DNA of 64,000 nucleotides from Eledone cirrhosa. Its lineage: Eukaryota. This document shows positions 37,660-51,363 of this stretch, piece after piece; within the stretch, counting starts at the first letter, position 1; every line of letters begins with the position of its first letter. The position numbers were made by a program, and so were the translations under genes. The stretch spans positions 361,336,001-361,400,000 of the forward strand of contig OZ024740.1 in NCBI GenBank assembly GCA_964016885.1, written 5' to 3'. Under the pieces are notes generated by a model. It searched no databases. It had not been told where the DNA came from and saw nothing but the letters and a program-made list of their open reading frames with translations.

Positions 37660-40600
37660 AAATAACACTTACCCTAACACTTGCACTCACACATGCTCTA
37701 ACAGTGAACTTAGTGCTAACATGAAAACTAACACAAACACAAAATCTGAAAACTAACATTAAATAGAAAACTAATACAAACACTAACCTGAACACTAACA
37801 CTAAAACTGACACTAACACTAACCTGAACATCAGCACTAAAACTAACACTACCGTAAACACTAATACAAACACTAACACTAACCTGAACACTTACACTAA
37901 AACTAACATTAGCACAAACATTAGCCTGAACACTAGCACTAAAACTAACACTACCATAAACACTAACACTGACTTGAGCACTAACACTAAAAGTAACACT
38001 AACACAAACACTAATCTGAAAACTGATACTAACCAGAAAACTAAGCTAACATTAACTTCAATACTAAAACAAACACTAATGCTAACAGAGATACTAACAC
38101 AAATATTAACACAAAAACAAACACTAACACAATCTCTAACACTAACCTCAACACTAACACTAAAACTAACATTAACTTGAACACTAACTCTAACCTGAAA
38201 ACTAAGCTAACATTAACCTGAACACTAACATAAACACTAACAGAAATACTAATGCTAACATTAACGCTAACCTTAACACAAAAACAAAGACTAACGCTAA
38301 CACAATCACTAACACTAATGGAAACATCAAACACTAATGCTAACAGAGATACTAACACAAATATTAACACAAAAACAAATACTAACACTAACACAATCTC
38401 TAACACTAACCTTAACACTAACATTAACTTGAACACTAACTCTAACCTGAACACTTACACTAAAACTAACACTAACAGATACTAACACAAATATTAACAC
38501 AAAAACAAACACTAACACAATCTCTAACACTAAAACTAACATTAACTTGAACGCTAACACTAACCTGAAAACTAAGCTAACATTAACCTGAACACTAACA
38601 CAAACACTCATGCTAACACTAACAGAAATACTAATGCTAACATTAACACAGAAACAAAGACTAACGCTAACACAATCACTAACACTAATGGAAACATCAA
38701 TCACTAATGCTAACAGAGATACTAACACAAATATTAACACAAAACAAACACTAACCGTAACACTAAAACTAACATTAACACTAACACTAACCTGAACACT
38801 TACACTAAAACTAACATTAACCTAAACACTAGCACTAAAACTAACACTACCATAAACAGTAACACAAACACTAACACTGATCTGAGCACTAACACTAACA
38901 CTACCATAAAAACTAACACAAAAAAACACTAACACTAACCTGAACACTAACACTAAAACTAACACGAAAACTGATACTAACCAGAAAACTAAGCTAACAT
39001 TAACCTCAACACTAAAACAAACACTAACATTAACAGAAAAACAAAGACTAGCACTAACACTAATGGAAACACTAACACAAACATTAACACAAAATAAAAC
39101 ACTAACGCTAATGGAAAAAATAACACTAACACTACCGTAAACACTAACATGAACACTAACACTAAAACTGACATTAACACGAACACTACCACTAAAACTA
39201 ACACTACCATAAACCACTAACCTGAGCACTAACACTAAAAGTAACACGAGCCCTAATCTGAAAACTAACATTAACTAGAAAACTAAGTCAACATTAACCT
39301 GAACACTAACACTAACCTGAACACAAACACTAACAAAAATGCTAGCACTAATACAAAATCAAACACTAACACGAACACTAATGGAAACACTAACACTAAC
39401 GCCAACGCTGACACTGACGAAGATGGCTATGCTGACACAAACGCTAGCGCAAATATTGACACAATCGCTTACGCTGACACAAACACTAACGTGAATACTG
39501 ATGCAGGTGCAAAGGCGAATGTTGACAAAGACTCTGACGCACACGCTGATGTAAATGCTACACAGACTCTAACGCTGACGTGGACACTGACACAAATGCT
39601 CACGCTGATGCAAACACTAAAGCAAAGGCAGACACTAATGCAAACACAGACGCAAATGTTGATTCAGATGTTAAAGCAAACGCAAATGCTGACGCAAACG
39701 ATGACAGCGATGCTAATGTGAACCTTAACGCAGACGTAAACATTGACGTAGAAGCTAAAGGAAACACTGATGCAAACACTAATGAAAATGCTGTGGCAGA
39801 CGCTGACACACGTTAACACAGATGCTAACGTAAACACTGACGCAGATGCTAATATAAACACTGACGCAGACGCTAACATAAACGCTGACATAGATGCTAA
39901 TACACGTAGACACAGACGCTAAAGTAAACGATGACACAGACGCTAATGTAAACGATGACATAGAAGCTAACGTAAACGCTGAACAGACGCAAATGTAAAC
40001 GCTGACGCTGATGTAGATGTAAATACAGACGCTGACGTAGAAGCTAACACAAACGCTGACACAGACACTAATGTAAGCGCTGACGTAGAAGCTAATGTAG
40101 ATGCTGACGTAGAAGCTAACGTAAACGATGACGTAGATGTTAACGTAGAAGCTGACGTAGATGCTGACGTAGAAGCTAACGTAGAAGCTAACAAAACGCT
40201 GACTAATTGTTAACGTAGAAGCAGGCGTAGAAATTAGCGTTTACCCTTACCGCCGAAGCTGATCTCCAAAACGCAATTGCTGAAGCCAAAGCTAATGCTG
40301 ACGCTGACTAAAATGTTGAGGCAGTTTTGCTGGCGCTGACGTGTATGCTGACGCTAACGCAAATGCTGATGCGGGCGCTAGGGCTAAGGCTAACGCTAAC
40401 GCAAATTCTGAAGTTATACGCTTACATGGGATATGCAGACGCTGCAATGATGCGGACACCACAGGAAAGGTTGATGGAAACGCCAATGCTAACGGAAAAC
40501 GCTGACGTAGACGTTACGGAAACGCTGACGTAGAAGCTAACGTAAATGCTGACACAGACGCTAACGTAAACACTGACGTTAACTGAAACGTTGACGCTGA

Positions 40601-41310
40601 TGTAGATGTAAATACTGACGCTGACACAGACGCGGTCGGAAACGCTGACGTAGAAGCTAACGGAAATGCTGACGTAGAAGCTAACGGAAACACTGACACA
40701 GACGCTAACGGAAATGCTGACAAAGATGTTAAAGGAAACACTGTCGCAAACGCTAATGCTAATGTGAATGCTGATGCTGTCGCAAATGCTAACCCCTACA
40801 CAAATGCAAACGCTGATGCTAACACTGACTCAAGCACTAATGCAAATGCTGACGTGCACGCTGATGCAAACGCTGACACTGAGGGAAATGCTGACACTGA
40901 CACAAGTGCTGACGCGGACGCTAATGATAATGCTGACTCAGAAGCTGACGTAGACGCAGGCACTGAAACAAACACTAATGTTGACTCAGACGCTTAGGGA
41001 AATGTTGACACAATCACTATCACCAATGCAGACGCTGACGCAAATGCTGACACTTACGCAAACACTAAGGCTAATCCAAACACTAACGCAGATGCTAACA
41101 CCAGTCTACATAGACACTAACACAAAAGCTTACATAAACGCTTATGCAAATGCTAACGCTGATGCAGACAGTAACGCAAACAGTAACTGTAAGAGTAACA
41201 GTTACAGTAATACTAACAGTGATGCTAACAGTAACACAGCCACTAACAATAAACTTACCATTAACAGTAAAACTTACCCTAACACTAACCCTAAATCTAA
41301 CATTAACCCA
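37660..41310. repeat. 3.6-kb degenerate hexamer satellite (ACTAAC to GCTGAC/GCTAAC)
   Basis: 6-nt periodicity throughout; produces spurious LTLT/ANAD ORFs. Confidence 0.9.
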
Positions 41311-41399
41311 GAGAAAAAAGTCATTTGCAATCACATTTAAGGTCACTCTTTAAGATATAAAAATAGGCATTACATTTTAATGATTTTAATTTAAAGAGA

Positions 41400-43310
41400 A
41401 TCACGCTATACGATGCAACACAATAACACACCACACCACAGTAACTTACACTACACCAAACCAGATTATACCATACCTTGGTAATTTATGATAGGTTTCC
41501 ATGTTATAACTACACCAAACTAAACCATACCAAACTACACCAAACCAAACCACACCATTTTTACACATTATCAATGTATATAACATGGAAACCTATCATT
41601 TACAATAGGTTCCCATGTCATAACTACAACAATCCAAACCACACCATAACAAACTACACCATTCTACATCACACCATGCTTTTGATCTCAGTGTGAAAAA
41701 TTTTCTTCCTGTTTCTTTTTTTTGTGTGTGTTCTTACCACCCAATCTGACATCAAAGGTGCTGCAATTGACTATTTTTCGCACATATTATCAATAATTAT
41801 GACATGGAAAACTGTCGAAAATGACTAGCTTTGTAGAAAAAAAAGGGAGGATGTGGGTGGAAATACCATTTACAAAGCTAGTCATTGTTTTATTGCAGCG
41901 GAAGTAATATTTTTTGTTAATATGCTAAAAACATAGTCCACTGCGAGCATCTTGGAAGTTGTATTAGTTGATAGCACATGCAAAAGTGAAGGAAAACATT
42001 TTTTTCTTACATAAAACAAAGTTGAAATTTAATTCCTTACTTATAACAAAGCACACCACACCACATTAATCTACCCCAAACCACACCATATCAAACAGCA
42101 CCATATTATGGTAAATTTATTACAGAACACCTACTCCTACCATTTACATCACACCATGGTATGGACATCAATGTGACAAATTTGCTACCTGCTTTTTTTT
42201 TTTTGTGTGGTTACCACCCAAACTAACATCAAAGGTGCTTGCAAATGACTATTTTCCCACATTATCAATGAATATGACATGGGAATCTATCGTTTAGAAT
42301 TGGTTTCCATTTCATAACTTCACCAAACCAAACCAAACCACACCATACTAAGTTACACCATACTACATCACACCAAGCTATTGATCTTGGTGTGAAAAAT
42401 TTTCTTCCTGTTTCCTTTTTTTTTTTTTTTGTGTGTGCTTACCACCCAATCTGACATTAAAGGTGCTCCCAATTGACTATTTTTTTTCCACTTATCAATA
42501 ATTATGACATGGAAACCTGTCGAAAATGATTGTCTTTGTAGAAACTTCACCAAACCACACCATACTACATCACACCAAGCTATTGATTTTGGTGTGACAA
42601 ATTTTCATCTGGCAATTTTTTTTTTTTCTGTACTTACCACCCAATTTGACATAAATGGTGCTCGCAAATTACTAATTTATGCACATATTATCAATGGTTA
42701 TGACATGGAAACCTAATGAAAATGACTAGCTTTGTAGAAAAAAGAGGAAGGATGTGGGTGGAAATACCATTTACAAAGCTAGTCATTTTTTATTGCTGCG
42801 GAAGTCATATTTTTTGTTAATATGCTAAAAGCATAGTCCACCGTTAGCATCCTGGAAGTTGATAGCACATGCAAAATTGAAGGAAACATTTTTTTTATAA
42901 CATAAATCAAAGTGGAAATTTAAATCCTCACTTATAACAAAGCACACCACAGCACATTAATCTACCCCAATCCACACCATATACATCACCATAACCATAC
43001 TTCACCATACGGTAAATTTATTACAGAACATCTACTCCTCTCATTTACATCACACCAATGCTCGCAGTTGACTATTTTTTTCACATATTATGAATGAATA
43101 TAACTTTGAAAGTTATCGTCAATGATTAGCTTTGTAGAAAAATGAAGGCAGAAAGTGGGTGGAAAAACCATTCACAAAGCTAGTCATTTTTAATTGCAGT
43201 GGAAATCATATTTGTTGTTAATATGCTAAAAAAATAGGCAATTGCAAGTATTTTGGAGGTCGGATTAGTTGATAGGATATAAAAAAACAAAGGAAAACAA
43301 ATATTGTCTA
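41400..43310. repeat. Diverged tandem repeats related to 33860-34912
   Basis: Repeated ACTAGCTTTGTAGAAAAA...CCATTTACAAAGCTAGTCAT...GTTGATAGCACATG blocks at ~41820, 42720, 43120. Confidence 0.75.
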
Positions 43311-43419
43311 TATGTTCCTGTGGAAAGACGGGTCTTCTGTATTACTGTGTGACGCCAGAGGTCATGGTCGTGTCATTGCCCTTGAGAGGTGCAATTGGGA
43401 AAGGTCGGCTTAAAAATAT

Positions 43420-43990
43420 TTACATCTGCGTTCACAGATTGATTTTTTTTAGTTTCAGAAGATCCCATTAAGGGTGAAAGCAGCCGATTCTTTGCTTAAA
43501 CTTTAATCTGTTATTTTAATAAATATTTGCTCTACGGTTCTTATATATTTGATATATATTTATCCTTAACGAGCCCTCTTTGGATGTTAGTCTTCAAATT
43601 TATTATTATTACTATTTGGCTCCCTTGACTGAGTACTCTATTGACTTATATTCATCATGCAGAAACATCTGAATATTTCTGCAAAGAATATACCCGTACC
43701 AAGCAGGAAGAAATACCTAAAACTACGTCTCCACGAACCAAAGTATCGTCTTCCTGTCTTCCTTCGGTTGCAACGTTTTTCGAAATATTTACTTCTGCGT
43801 TGACAGATTGATATTTTTTTTAGTTTCAGAAGATCCCATTAAGGGTGAAAGCAGCCGATTCTTTGCTTAAACTTTAATCTGTTATTTTAATAAATATTTG
43901 CTCTACGGTTCTTATATAATTGATATATATTTATCCCTATCGAGCCTTCTTTGGATTTTAGTCTTCATATGTATTATTATTACTATATAT
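43420..43990. repeat. Direct repeat pair with an inverted relative at ~63000-63235
   Basis: GTTTCAGAAGATCCCATTAAGGGTGAAAGCAGCCGATTCTTTGC at ~43452 and ~43823; reverse complement at ~63060-63140. Confidence 0.8.
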
Positions 43991-43999
43991 ATATACATA

Positions 44000-44370
44000 C
44001 ATACATATTGAGAGCATGGGCCATGCAATCGAAAGGTTGTGAGTTCAATTCTCACACCGGGTGATGTGTTGTTTCCTTGAGCAAGACACTTTATTTCACA
44101 TTGCTCCAGTTTACTCAGCTGTAGAAATGAGATGATAGGACTGGGGTCCCTATCATTCCACTGCAAAGTGGTCGTGGAGGTGCCACGGCAAAAAAACACC
44201 CAGCCCACACTGTAAAGTGGATGTGGAGGTGCCACGGGAAAAAAGCACCCAGCACTCACTGTAAATGAGGTTGGTGTTAGGAAGGGCATCCAGCTGTAGA
44301 AATCAAGCCAGAATCAGTTCCCGTCCCACCCTTGCAAGCAGGGAAAAAGTGGATGTAAAATGAAATGATG
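44000..44370 (+). mobile_element. SINE family B (inverted copies ~44780-45150 and 51600-51870; relatives ~1100-1320 and 12590-12790)
   Basis: GTGAGTTCAATTC...TTGAGCAAGACACTTTATTTCACATTGCTCCAG...GTTAGGAAGGGCATCCAGCTGTAG. Confidence 0.8.
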
Positions 44371-44371
44371 A

Positions 44372-44700
44372 ATGCTCCCAGCTGTGGTCACCCCCATAGT
44401 ATCAAACTAACCATGGAGCTTGAAGCAATCCAATGAAGCTACACCAAGAAGGTTGCCACGATGGAGATAAACTGGGAGAGTCTAAAAGAACTGAAACTCT
44501 ACTCCTCGGAATGAAGACGGGAGAGATATGCAATGATATACATATGGAAAATCCTGGGAGGGACTAAGACCAAACTTTCGCATCTAGAGCTGGACGAATT
44601 CTCGAACAGGACATCACTGTGTGGTACCAAAGGTCCCGTCTTCCACATCTAAAATCAGGAGCAGCTATTGCAATAGCCTGGAGTTCAAAGGCCCTCAACT
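44372..44700 (+). mobile_element. CR1-clade LINE 3' fragment
   Basis: CSQLWSP...LEAIQ*SYTKK...WESLKELKLYSSE*RRERYAMIYIWKIL. Confidence 0.7.
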
Positions 44701-45534
44701 TGGTTTTCAAAATTTAAATTTGTGTTTCCTATTCATCAATGCTTCAAGCAAGCTATAAAACTCTGTTATATTTCATCATCATCATTTTATGTCAGTTCTT
44801 CTACGCTAGCATGGGTTGTCCTGTTGTGGGCAGTGTCCGGTCGGCTGACCTTATCTTGCTCATACGGGAACTGATTCTGTCTTGATTTCTACAGCTGGAT
44901 GCCCTTCCTAACACCAACCTCATTTACAGTGAGTGCTGGGTGGTTTTTTTTTGCCGTGGCACCTCCACGACCACTTTGCAGTGGAATGATAGGGACCCCA
45001 GTCTTATCATCTCATTTCTACAGCTGAGTAAACTGGAGCAATGTGAAATAAAGTGTCTTGCTCAAGGAAACAACACATCATCCGGTCCGAGAATTAACTC
45101 ACAACCTTTCAATTGCAAGCCCAATGCTCTAACCACTGAGCCATGTGCCTTCTATTGTTGGCAATATTAGGTCAGGTGACCATGTCTTTCTCATAAAGAA
45201 CTGATTTTGGCTTGGTTTCTACAGCTGAATGCCCTTCCTAATGCCAAGCTCATTTACAATGAGTACTGGGTGTTTTTTGTTGTGATTCCTCCACGACTAC
45301 TTTACAGTGTGGACTGGGTGTTTTTTACCGTGTCACCATCACGACCACTTTACAGTGCTTTCGGCCTGTTCTCATGAAATATATATTGGCGGGTGGGATG
45401 GAGTGGTGCATACTGTATGTATGTTTCAGCCTTGGCCTGGTTCCGTGGGAAGTTGGAGTTTCTGTATTACCTCATAACGCCAGAGATCTTGGTCCTTTCA
45501 GAGGTGCAATTGGGCAAGGTCGGCTTTTATAACT

Positions 45535-46115
45535 TCATCTCAAGTCTTTCTGGGACTTTATGTAACTGTCATCCTTCATACGAATCAAATGTCCATACCA
45601 ACATAATCTCTTCTCCTGCACACATTTGATTCCTCTTATGCCTAGTTTCTCTTTCAGTTTGTTTATGCTTTGCTGTTCGCGTATATTACTATTACACATC
45701 CATCGGAGCATACAAGCTTCATTCCTTTCTAATCTACGCCCAGCTCTCACCTCACTACCATGCAACATTGCCGTTCATATGCACACATCATACATTCTAC
45801 CTTTTATTCTGAGGGAAAAGCCTTTTGTATCCAGCTGTGGCAGTAGCTCCCTCAACTTCTTCCATCCCGTTCTTTCAGAACACCCCCCCCCCCCCTTCCC
45901 TGCTAATTCGGTATTGTTTTTACCAAGTCCTCCCAGACTTTGATGTCACTTGTTTTCAGTGATTGTTTGCTGCTTACTGTCCTGGTGCAACTGCTACATG
46001 TAAAGCCTACATTCTTAACTAAACTTCCTGAGATCTCACTACATCTCTTGTGTACCCATAGTTTGCATATGGAGCAGAGGATGGAGTTTCTACCTACACC
46101 TCTCCTACATAATGA
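45535..46115 (-). mobile_element. RTE-like LINE 3' fragment
   Basis: CSLCRRGVGRNSILCSICKLWVHKRCS and MLHGSE...LERNEACMLRWMC...RLCWYGHL. Confidence 0.75.
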
Positions 46116-46154
<39 letters not shown>

Positions 46155-46178
46155 CACACACTCACATATATATATATA

Positions 46179-46470
46179 CTAGCCGAATTACCAGCGCCTT
46201 GCTGCGTTTCACACATTTTTTTTGTAAGAAAATGATGATTGATTTTAAATCAGTGATATAATTTATGGAGAAAAACTCAATATTACTCAATGTAAAATAT
46301 AATTCATCATAAATTGGAAAACATCAAAATTGCATTATTAAATCTTATTTTTATTTTGTTTCTTGTAAATAATTTTTTTCAAAATATCAATTGAAAACTT
46401 TTGTGTATAGGCATATCTTGTCATTTGCCTATGTTTTAAGTTTCATATAAATCGAAAGGGAAAAGTTTGA
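46179..46470 (-). mobile_element. Helitron-type 3' terminal segment
   Basis: Minus strand CAGC-AAGGC-GCTG hairpin + GTAATTCGG + CTAG|T at 46179, the same layout as the element at 319. Confidence 0.6.
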
Positions 46471-48713
46471 ATGGCGATGATGGTGATGGTGAAGATGATG
46501 CTGGTTCGGTACTTTTGCTTGAGTCATATGGACTATAGTTGTTGTTCTTTGTATGGCACGACTTAGATCGCTTAGCTTTTCCTTGAAATTTCTCTGGCTT
46601 TATGTGTGGAGTATTTGAGAACGATAAGGGAGAGCCAGGCTGAGATGAGAAGCTACTTGAAGGAGAACTAATATCAAAATTAGATGAGTCAAGACCTGAT
46701 GGGCTGCTAGCTGAGGATGAAAATGCATCTAAGCTGTCACTTTCACACTTCAGCAATTGCACATCGAGTACTTGAGACTCTTCTGTTGCTATGCCAGTAT
46801 TAAGTATGCTTTCTAAATCATTACATGATAATGGTGAAGACATAAGTACGTCACAGCGTTGGTAATCAAAGGGTGGAAATGTATTCATACCCTGGTCCAA
46901 TGGAAAAGAGTCAAGGAAAGCATCACCAATAGAAAACATATTTCTACCACTGTCATCGCCAACAGAGGCAGCAAATTCAGAGTGTAAAGTTTCTTTATTG
47001 GTGTGTGTTTCATCACAAAGAAATGTATCTGTAAAGAGAGAGAAAAGAGGTGTTTGAGTGCATATGTGTTATGGAGAATAAAAAAGTATTTTTATTCATA
47101 ATTGGAGAGGTGTTGGACAACTAATCATATAGTAATAAACAGAATCACTACTGATGTCTCTATGAATAATACCTACCTTTGTTCAAGAAACTTGTAACTC
47201 AGCACACCAAGCAGAATTTTGGGTTTTCTGCATTAGGGATTTTAACTAAACTATGTTCTTCATTTAACAGTTATAACATTTTATTATAGGTGGTACATTA
47301 ACTCTTTATTGAATGTACCAGAAACCCTATTAAGAATTTTGAGGGTTTTACTAAAATCATCATTTCATTACTAAGATATTAACATGGTTCTTATGTTGGA
47401 AGATTTTGATTTAAATGAGTGGTTTTGTTTCACAGAACCAAAGCCAGTTTTAACCATATATCTTGAGGCAAAGATACTTTCTGACGAAGAAATTTAATTA
47501 AAATTACTAAGAGCATTTTCGAGTTAATATTTTTCATAAAACGAATGAAATAAAGGAAACCACAGATGTGTAAGTAGACATGAATGCTTAAGAAATAATT
47601 TTATTATAAAATTTAATTTAATTTATAACAATATTTTCGAAGCTGTAAATCTTTGGTCATTTTAACAAAAATTATAGAAATAATATAAAACTAGAACATT
47701 TCGCTAACTTTTGTTAGGTGCACTGAAATACATTTAAGACGTAATAAGGACAAGCAGACAAATCAATTCTTCATCATTTTCATTCGATATGTGTGTATTA
47801 TTGAAGCCACTACTATTTTTGAGTTTCAATTTGTTTTTAAATTAGATAAATGGATTGACAGGTAGTTTGACTGATCGATAAATAATCAGTCTACAACTCG
47901 TTCTGAAATCTATAGCGGTATTCGATTTTTCTCATCAGGGAACTGTCTGATGTGTAAAATAACTATAAGAGAAATCATCATCATCGTCGTAATAATTCAC
48001 TTCTTTATTTTATCCCAGCCGACACAAATTGACTAGATCGAATGCTATCATCCCGGAAAGCATGAAAGACAAAGATGATCACAACGGAATTTGAACTCTT
48101 AACGAGGCTTTTCGCCCCTTCTAGTATGGTACAATGCTCTAATATTAATCATAACGATTTCTTTATTTATATTACAATAAAGTAATCGATTGTGGTATTG
48201 TAATTACTGAGTTGAAAGTAAACAGGAAGATAATCAATGAAGTAAATTTTTGATTTTGATAAATTCTTACCATTTGTTCTTAATAGAAACAATAGATAAA
48301 TATATATTAAAAAATACTTACGCCATTATGCAAAGGTAAACTTCGCAACTGGAAAGTTGCAACAGGGAAATTAGTGAGACATTTTTCAGATAAACTTGTT
48401 TAGGAAATTGTAGGTGGCTAAATGACAAGATTATTGCGACTTCTAATTTATATAGCCAGATCCACACATTTCATATATTGAAAAGTTCTATAAAAGACAA
48501 CAAAATTTGTAAAAAATATACATAATTGATAATAATAATTCACAAATAACGATAAAAGAAATACTTTTTAATCATGTAATAGGGCAATATACTTAGAACT
48601 ATGTTTTCTTAGCGTATTTATATCTAAATAGTTCGGGCTGATGCAATACTTCCTTTATTTTGATTGGTCAATTCGTGCCTCACCCAAAAAAGAATTTCGT
48701 CAAATACATTCTT

Positions 48714-48829
<116 letters not shown>

Positions 48830-48956
48830 TGTAGGAGGTGAGTTTTATTGTAGTACAATAAAGCAATGAAGATATCGGATAAGAAGCACTCTACAGCTTG
48901 TAGGACTGGAGTATACATAATATATAAAATCAAAAGATGGTTAAAAGAGTTCCATG

Positions 48957-49027
48957 TATTTTATTATGCGCATTTCAAAAACAAATATCATCATGCAATA
49001 ACATTTGTGTTTTCATCAGATAAAATA
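48957..49027 (-). ncRNA. Type I hammerhead ribozyme (mirror copy)
   Basis: Reverse complement of 49146-49216. Confidence 0.85.
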
Positions 49028-49145
49028 GGAAGACATGATATGAAGGTTAAAAAACACTTGTGAATAGTGCAGTTTTAAATCAACATATGTTGATTTAAAA
49101 CTGCACTATTCACAAGTGTTTTTTAACCTTCATATCATGTCTTCC

Positions 49146-49216
49146 TATTTTATCTGATGAAAACACAAATGTTATTGCATGATGATATTTGTTTTTGAAA
49201 TGCGCATAATAAAATA
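49146..49216 (+). ncRNA. Type I hammerhead ribozyme
   Basis: TATTTTAT-CTGATGA-AAACACAAAT...ATTTGTTTTT-GAAAT GCGC ATA-ATAAAATA; 8-bp stem I, palindromic GCGC loop. Confidence 0.85.
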
Positions 49217-49464
49217 CATGGAACTCTTTTAACCATCTTTTGATCTTATATATTATATATACGCGATATGTATAAGATATTCTCACTCTCTCTCTATATA
49301 TATATTTACTTCTCTGAATAAGATATTTTAACAATCTATTTTCATTGAGATGTGTATATTTGTGACAAATTTTAATTATGTATAATATGTATAAATATAT
49401 ACATATACATAGTGGTAGTAAAAAACTCAGACCTCCCACCACCACCATTCAAGCGAGTGTACCC

Positions 49465-49897
49465 ACTAAGAGTGAGAAATGAAATTTCGTTTCATTTTTT
49501 CCGTTTATAATTTTCGGTGCACCCGGCCGATTAACTCACTCGATATGCAAATTAGGCTGCTCAGCTGTTCAATCATCTGGCAGGAAGGTATATGTTGCTG
49601 ACGATAGCTAATAAGCTTGAAACTTGTACAGCGTTCCTTAGTCAGTGTTGAACAAATGAGCAACGATGGTTGCTAGACACTGTATGGCTTAATTCGGGAT
49701 GTTTGTTTACAAACACACCGAGCATTATAATAAATGTTCGGTGAATCCATACGTACATATATATATATGTGTGCATGTATGTATATATATACATACTACT
49801 GTACGTCTGTATACATATATGTATGTACGTATACATACTTATATTTAAGTAACAGCCGTACTAAGAGTGAGAAATGAAATTTCGTTTCATTTTTTCC

Positions 49898-49904
<7 letters not shown>
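49465..49904 (+). mobile_element. Non-coding hammerhead element B (retrozyme-like): 395-bp unit + 45-bp terminal redundancy
   Basis: Direct repeats 49465-49509 / 49860-49904; ATGCAAAT at 49545-49552; ends in (TA)n. Confidence 0.75.
49592..49634 (+). ncRNA. Type I hammerhead ribozyme (minimal stem III)
   Basis: ATGTTG-CTGACGA-tAGCT aata AGCTt-GAAAC TT GTA-CAGCGT. Confidence 0.78.
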
Positions 49905-49951
<47 letters not shown>

Positions 49952-50127
49952 CCAAAGATTAATATGGTTCGTTGATTACTCAACGAATACAATATTACAA
50001 TAGATTAGAAGCACCCAACTGCAGATTTTCCTGGAGTTTTTAATATTATTCAAAATGTTAATGAACTACTGCCAATACTGGAATTGAATAATCAAAACTG
50101 TAGCGGTATGTCACATATCAAATCATA

Positions 50128-50192
50128 TATTTTGTCTGATAAAAACGTACTTAAAAACACCATTGTACCTTTGAAATATGTATAATAAAATA
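50128..50192 (+). ncRNA. Hammerhead ribozyme with a core mutation (CTGATAA)
   Basis: TATTTTGT-CTGATAA-AAACGTAC...GTACCTTT-GAAAT ATGT ATA-ATAAAATA. Confidence 0.65.
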
Positions 50193-50759
50193 TATATTTT
50201 GATTATGAGAATATTTTTGAATTAACATTTTGAATAATATATATATATATATATGAAAGTTTATTTTATTTTCCGAAGTTCACAGTGTGTGTGTATATAT
50301 ATATATGTACAAAATGACAAAAGACCAAGGTTAACAACTTGAATCGATTCTTTAATTTCTACGTCCGTTTCAATATGATTACAATAGTACATGCATATGC
50401 AACCAATTGGAAATAATTAACTACCAGTGAAGACAACAATATGTTTTTATATTTAATTGCTTGCTTTAAGCTCAGTGTTTGATATGGGGTCTATTCTTAT
50501 TTTTTTATTTGAACATTTTTTATTACAGTTGTATAAATTTGCAGTAGAATAACGTTGCAAATATGTTTTAAATATATACATAAATAATATAACAAATGCG
50601 TAAATAACACCAAATACTGCTTGCCATTCATTCAGAAGGACAAATAGGCCTAAACCTTGTATAATACACAATAATATAAATTCATGAACAAAAATGATAA
50701 AGGAAAGAAAAAAGAAGGAAAAAAAAGGGGGGGGGGGGGGTTGCAATTCACCACCAATT

Positions 50760-51230
50760 GTGACAATCTGCAACACCTCACACCTTGGGGGTTAACTGCA
50801 CATTGTCAGGCAAGCCAACACGCTCGCAGCATACCCACGGCTGATGGTGAGGTTAAGGCGCTGAAATAACCAGGCACCCTCGTGGGCATCACCTGACACC
50901 TTAGTAAGGTGAGCCGCCAATGAAGACAAGAACTTCGCTGTCAGCGGCCCAACTCCACCAAACATCTCGAATGCCACAGGCTGGAAAAAATAATTGTTTG
51001 ATAAGTACTGGTATTTCCGAATTTTATTCTGTTGGCAGAGGAAGCAGTGACCCCCCACATTCACTGCGGAGAGGGCAAAAGAGTCAGACTGTGACGTCCC
51101 AGATGAGACACCTACCTCTCACCCAGGGCAAAAGGGTAAGACCATCTGTTCTCTTCCCATCACTTCTGGATAAACCAGCCGGCTCCAGAACTGTCGAGAT
51201 ATTAACCCAAGCAAGGGCCTGTCTGAATTT
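50760..51230 (-). mobile_element. CRE-like non-LTR 3' fragment
   Basis: [34 protein letters not shown] and FFQPVAFEMFGGVG...FQRL. Confidence 0.7.
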
Positions 51231-51252
51231 GGTAAACTTTGTTCCTTTTCAT

Positions 51253-51363
51253 GTTTCTTGAAGATATGCAGTTATATCTATTATGTATAGTGTCACTAAT
51301 TGCATTTCTGATTGTTTTCATATGCACAGACTATTGTAACAGTATAGAAACGGATGTAGAAAT
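51253..51363 (+). ncRNA. Long-stem-II hammerhead, probably inactive (TTGAAGA); diverged inverted half-copy at ~50309-50420
   Basis: GTTTC-TTGAAGA-TATGCAGTTATA...TGTAACAGTATA-GAAAC GGAT GTA-GAAAT. Confidence 0.55.

Larger units (their letters stand above)
48911..49262. repeat. 352-bp spacer-less palindrome with two divergent hammerheads
   Basis: Centre CAACAT|ATGTTG (49086/49087); arms differ at ~2 positions. Confidence 0.95.

Noticed and set aside
37622-41353. LTLT/ANAD/VSVS ORFs resembling repeat proteins
   Set aside because: Hexamer satellite; open in several frames with frequent stops and no splice structure.
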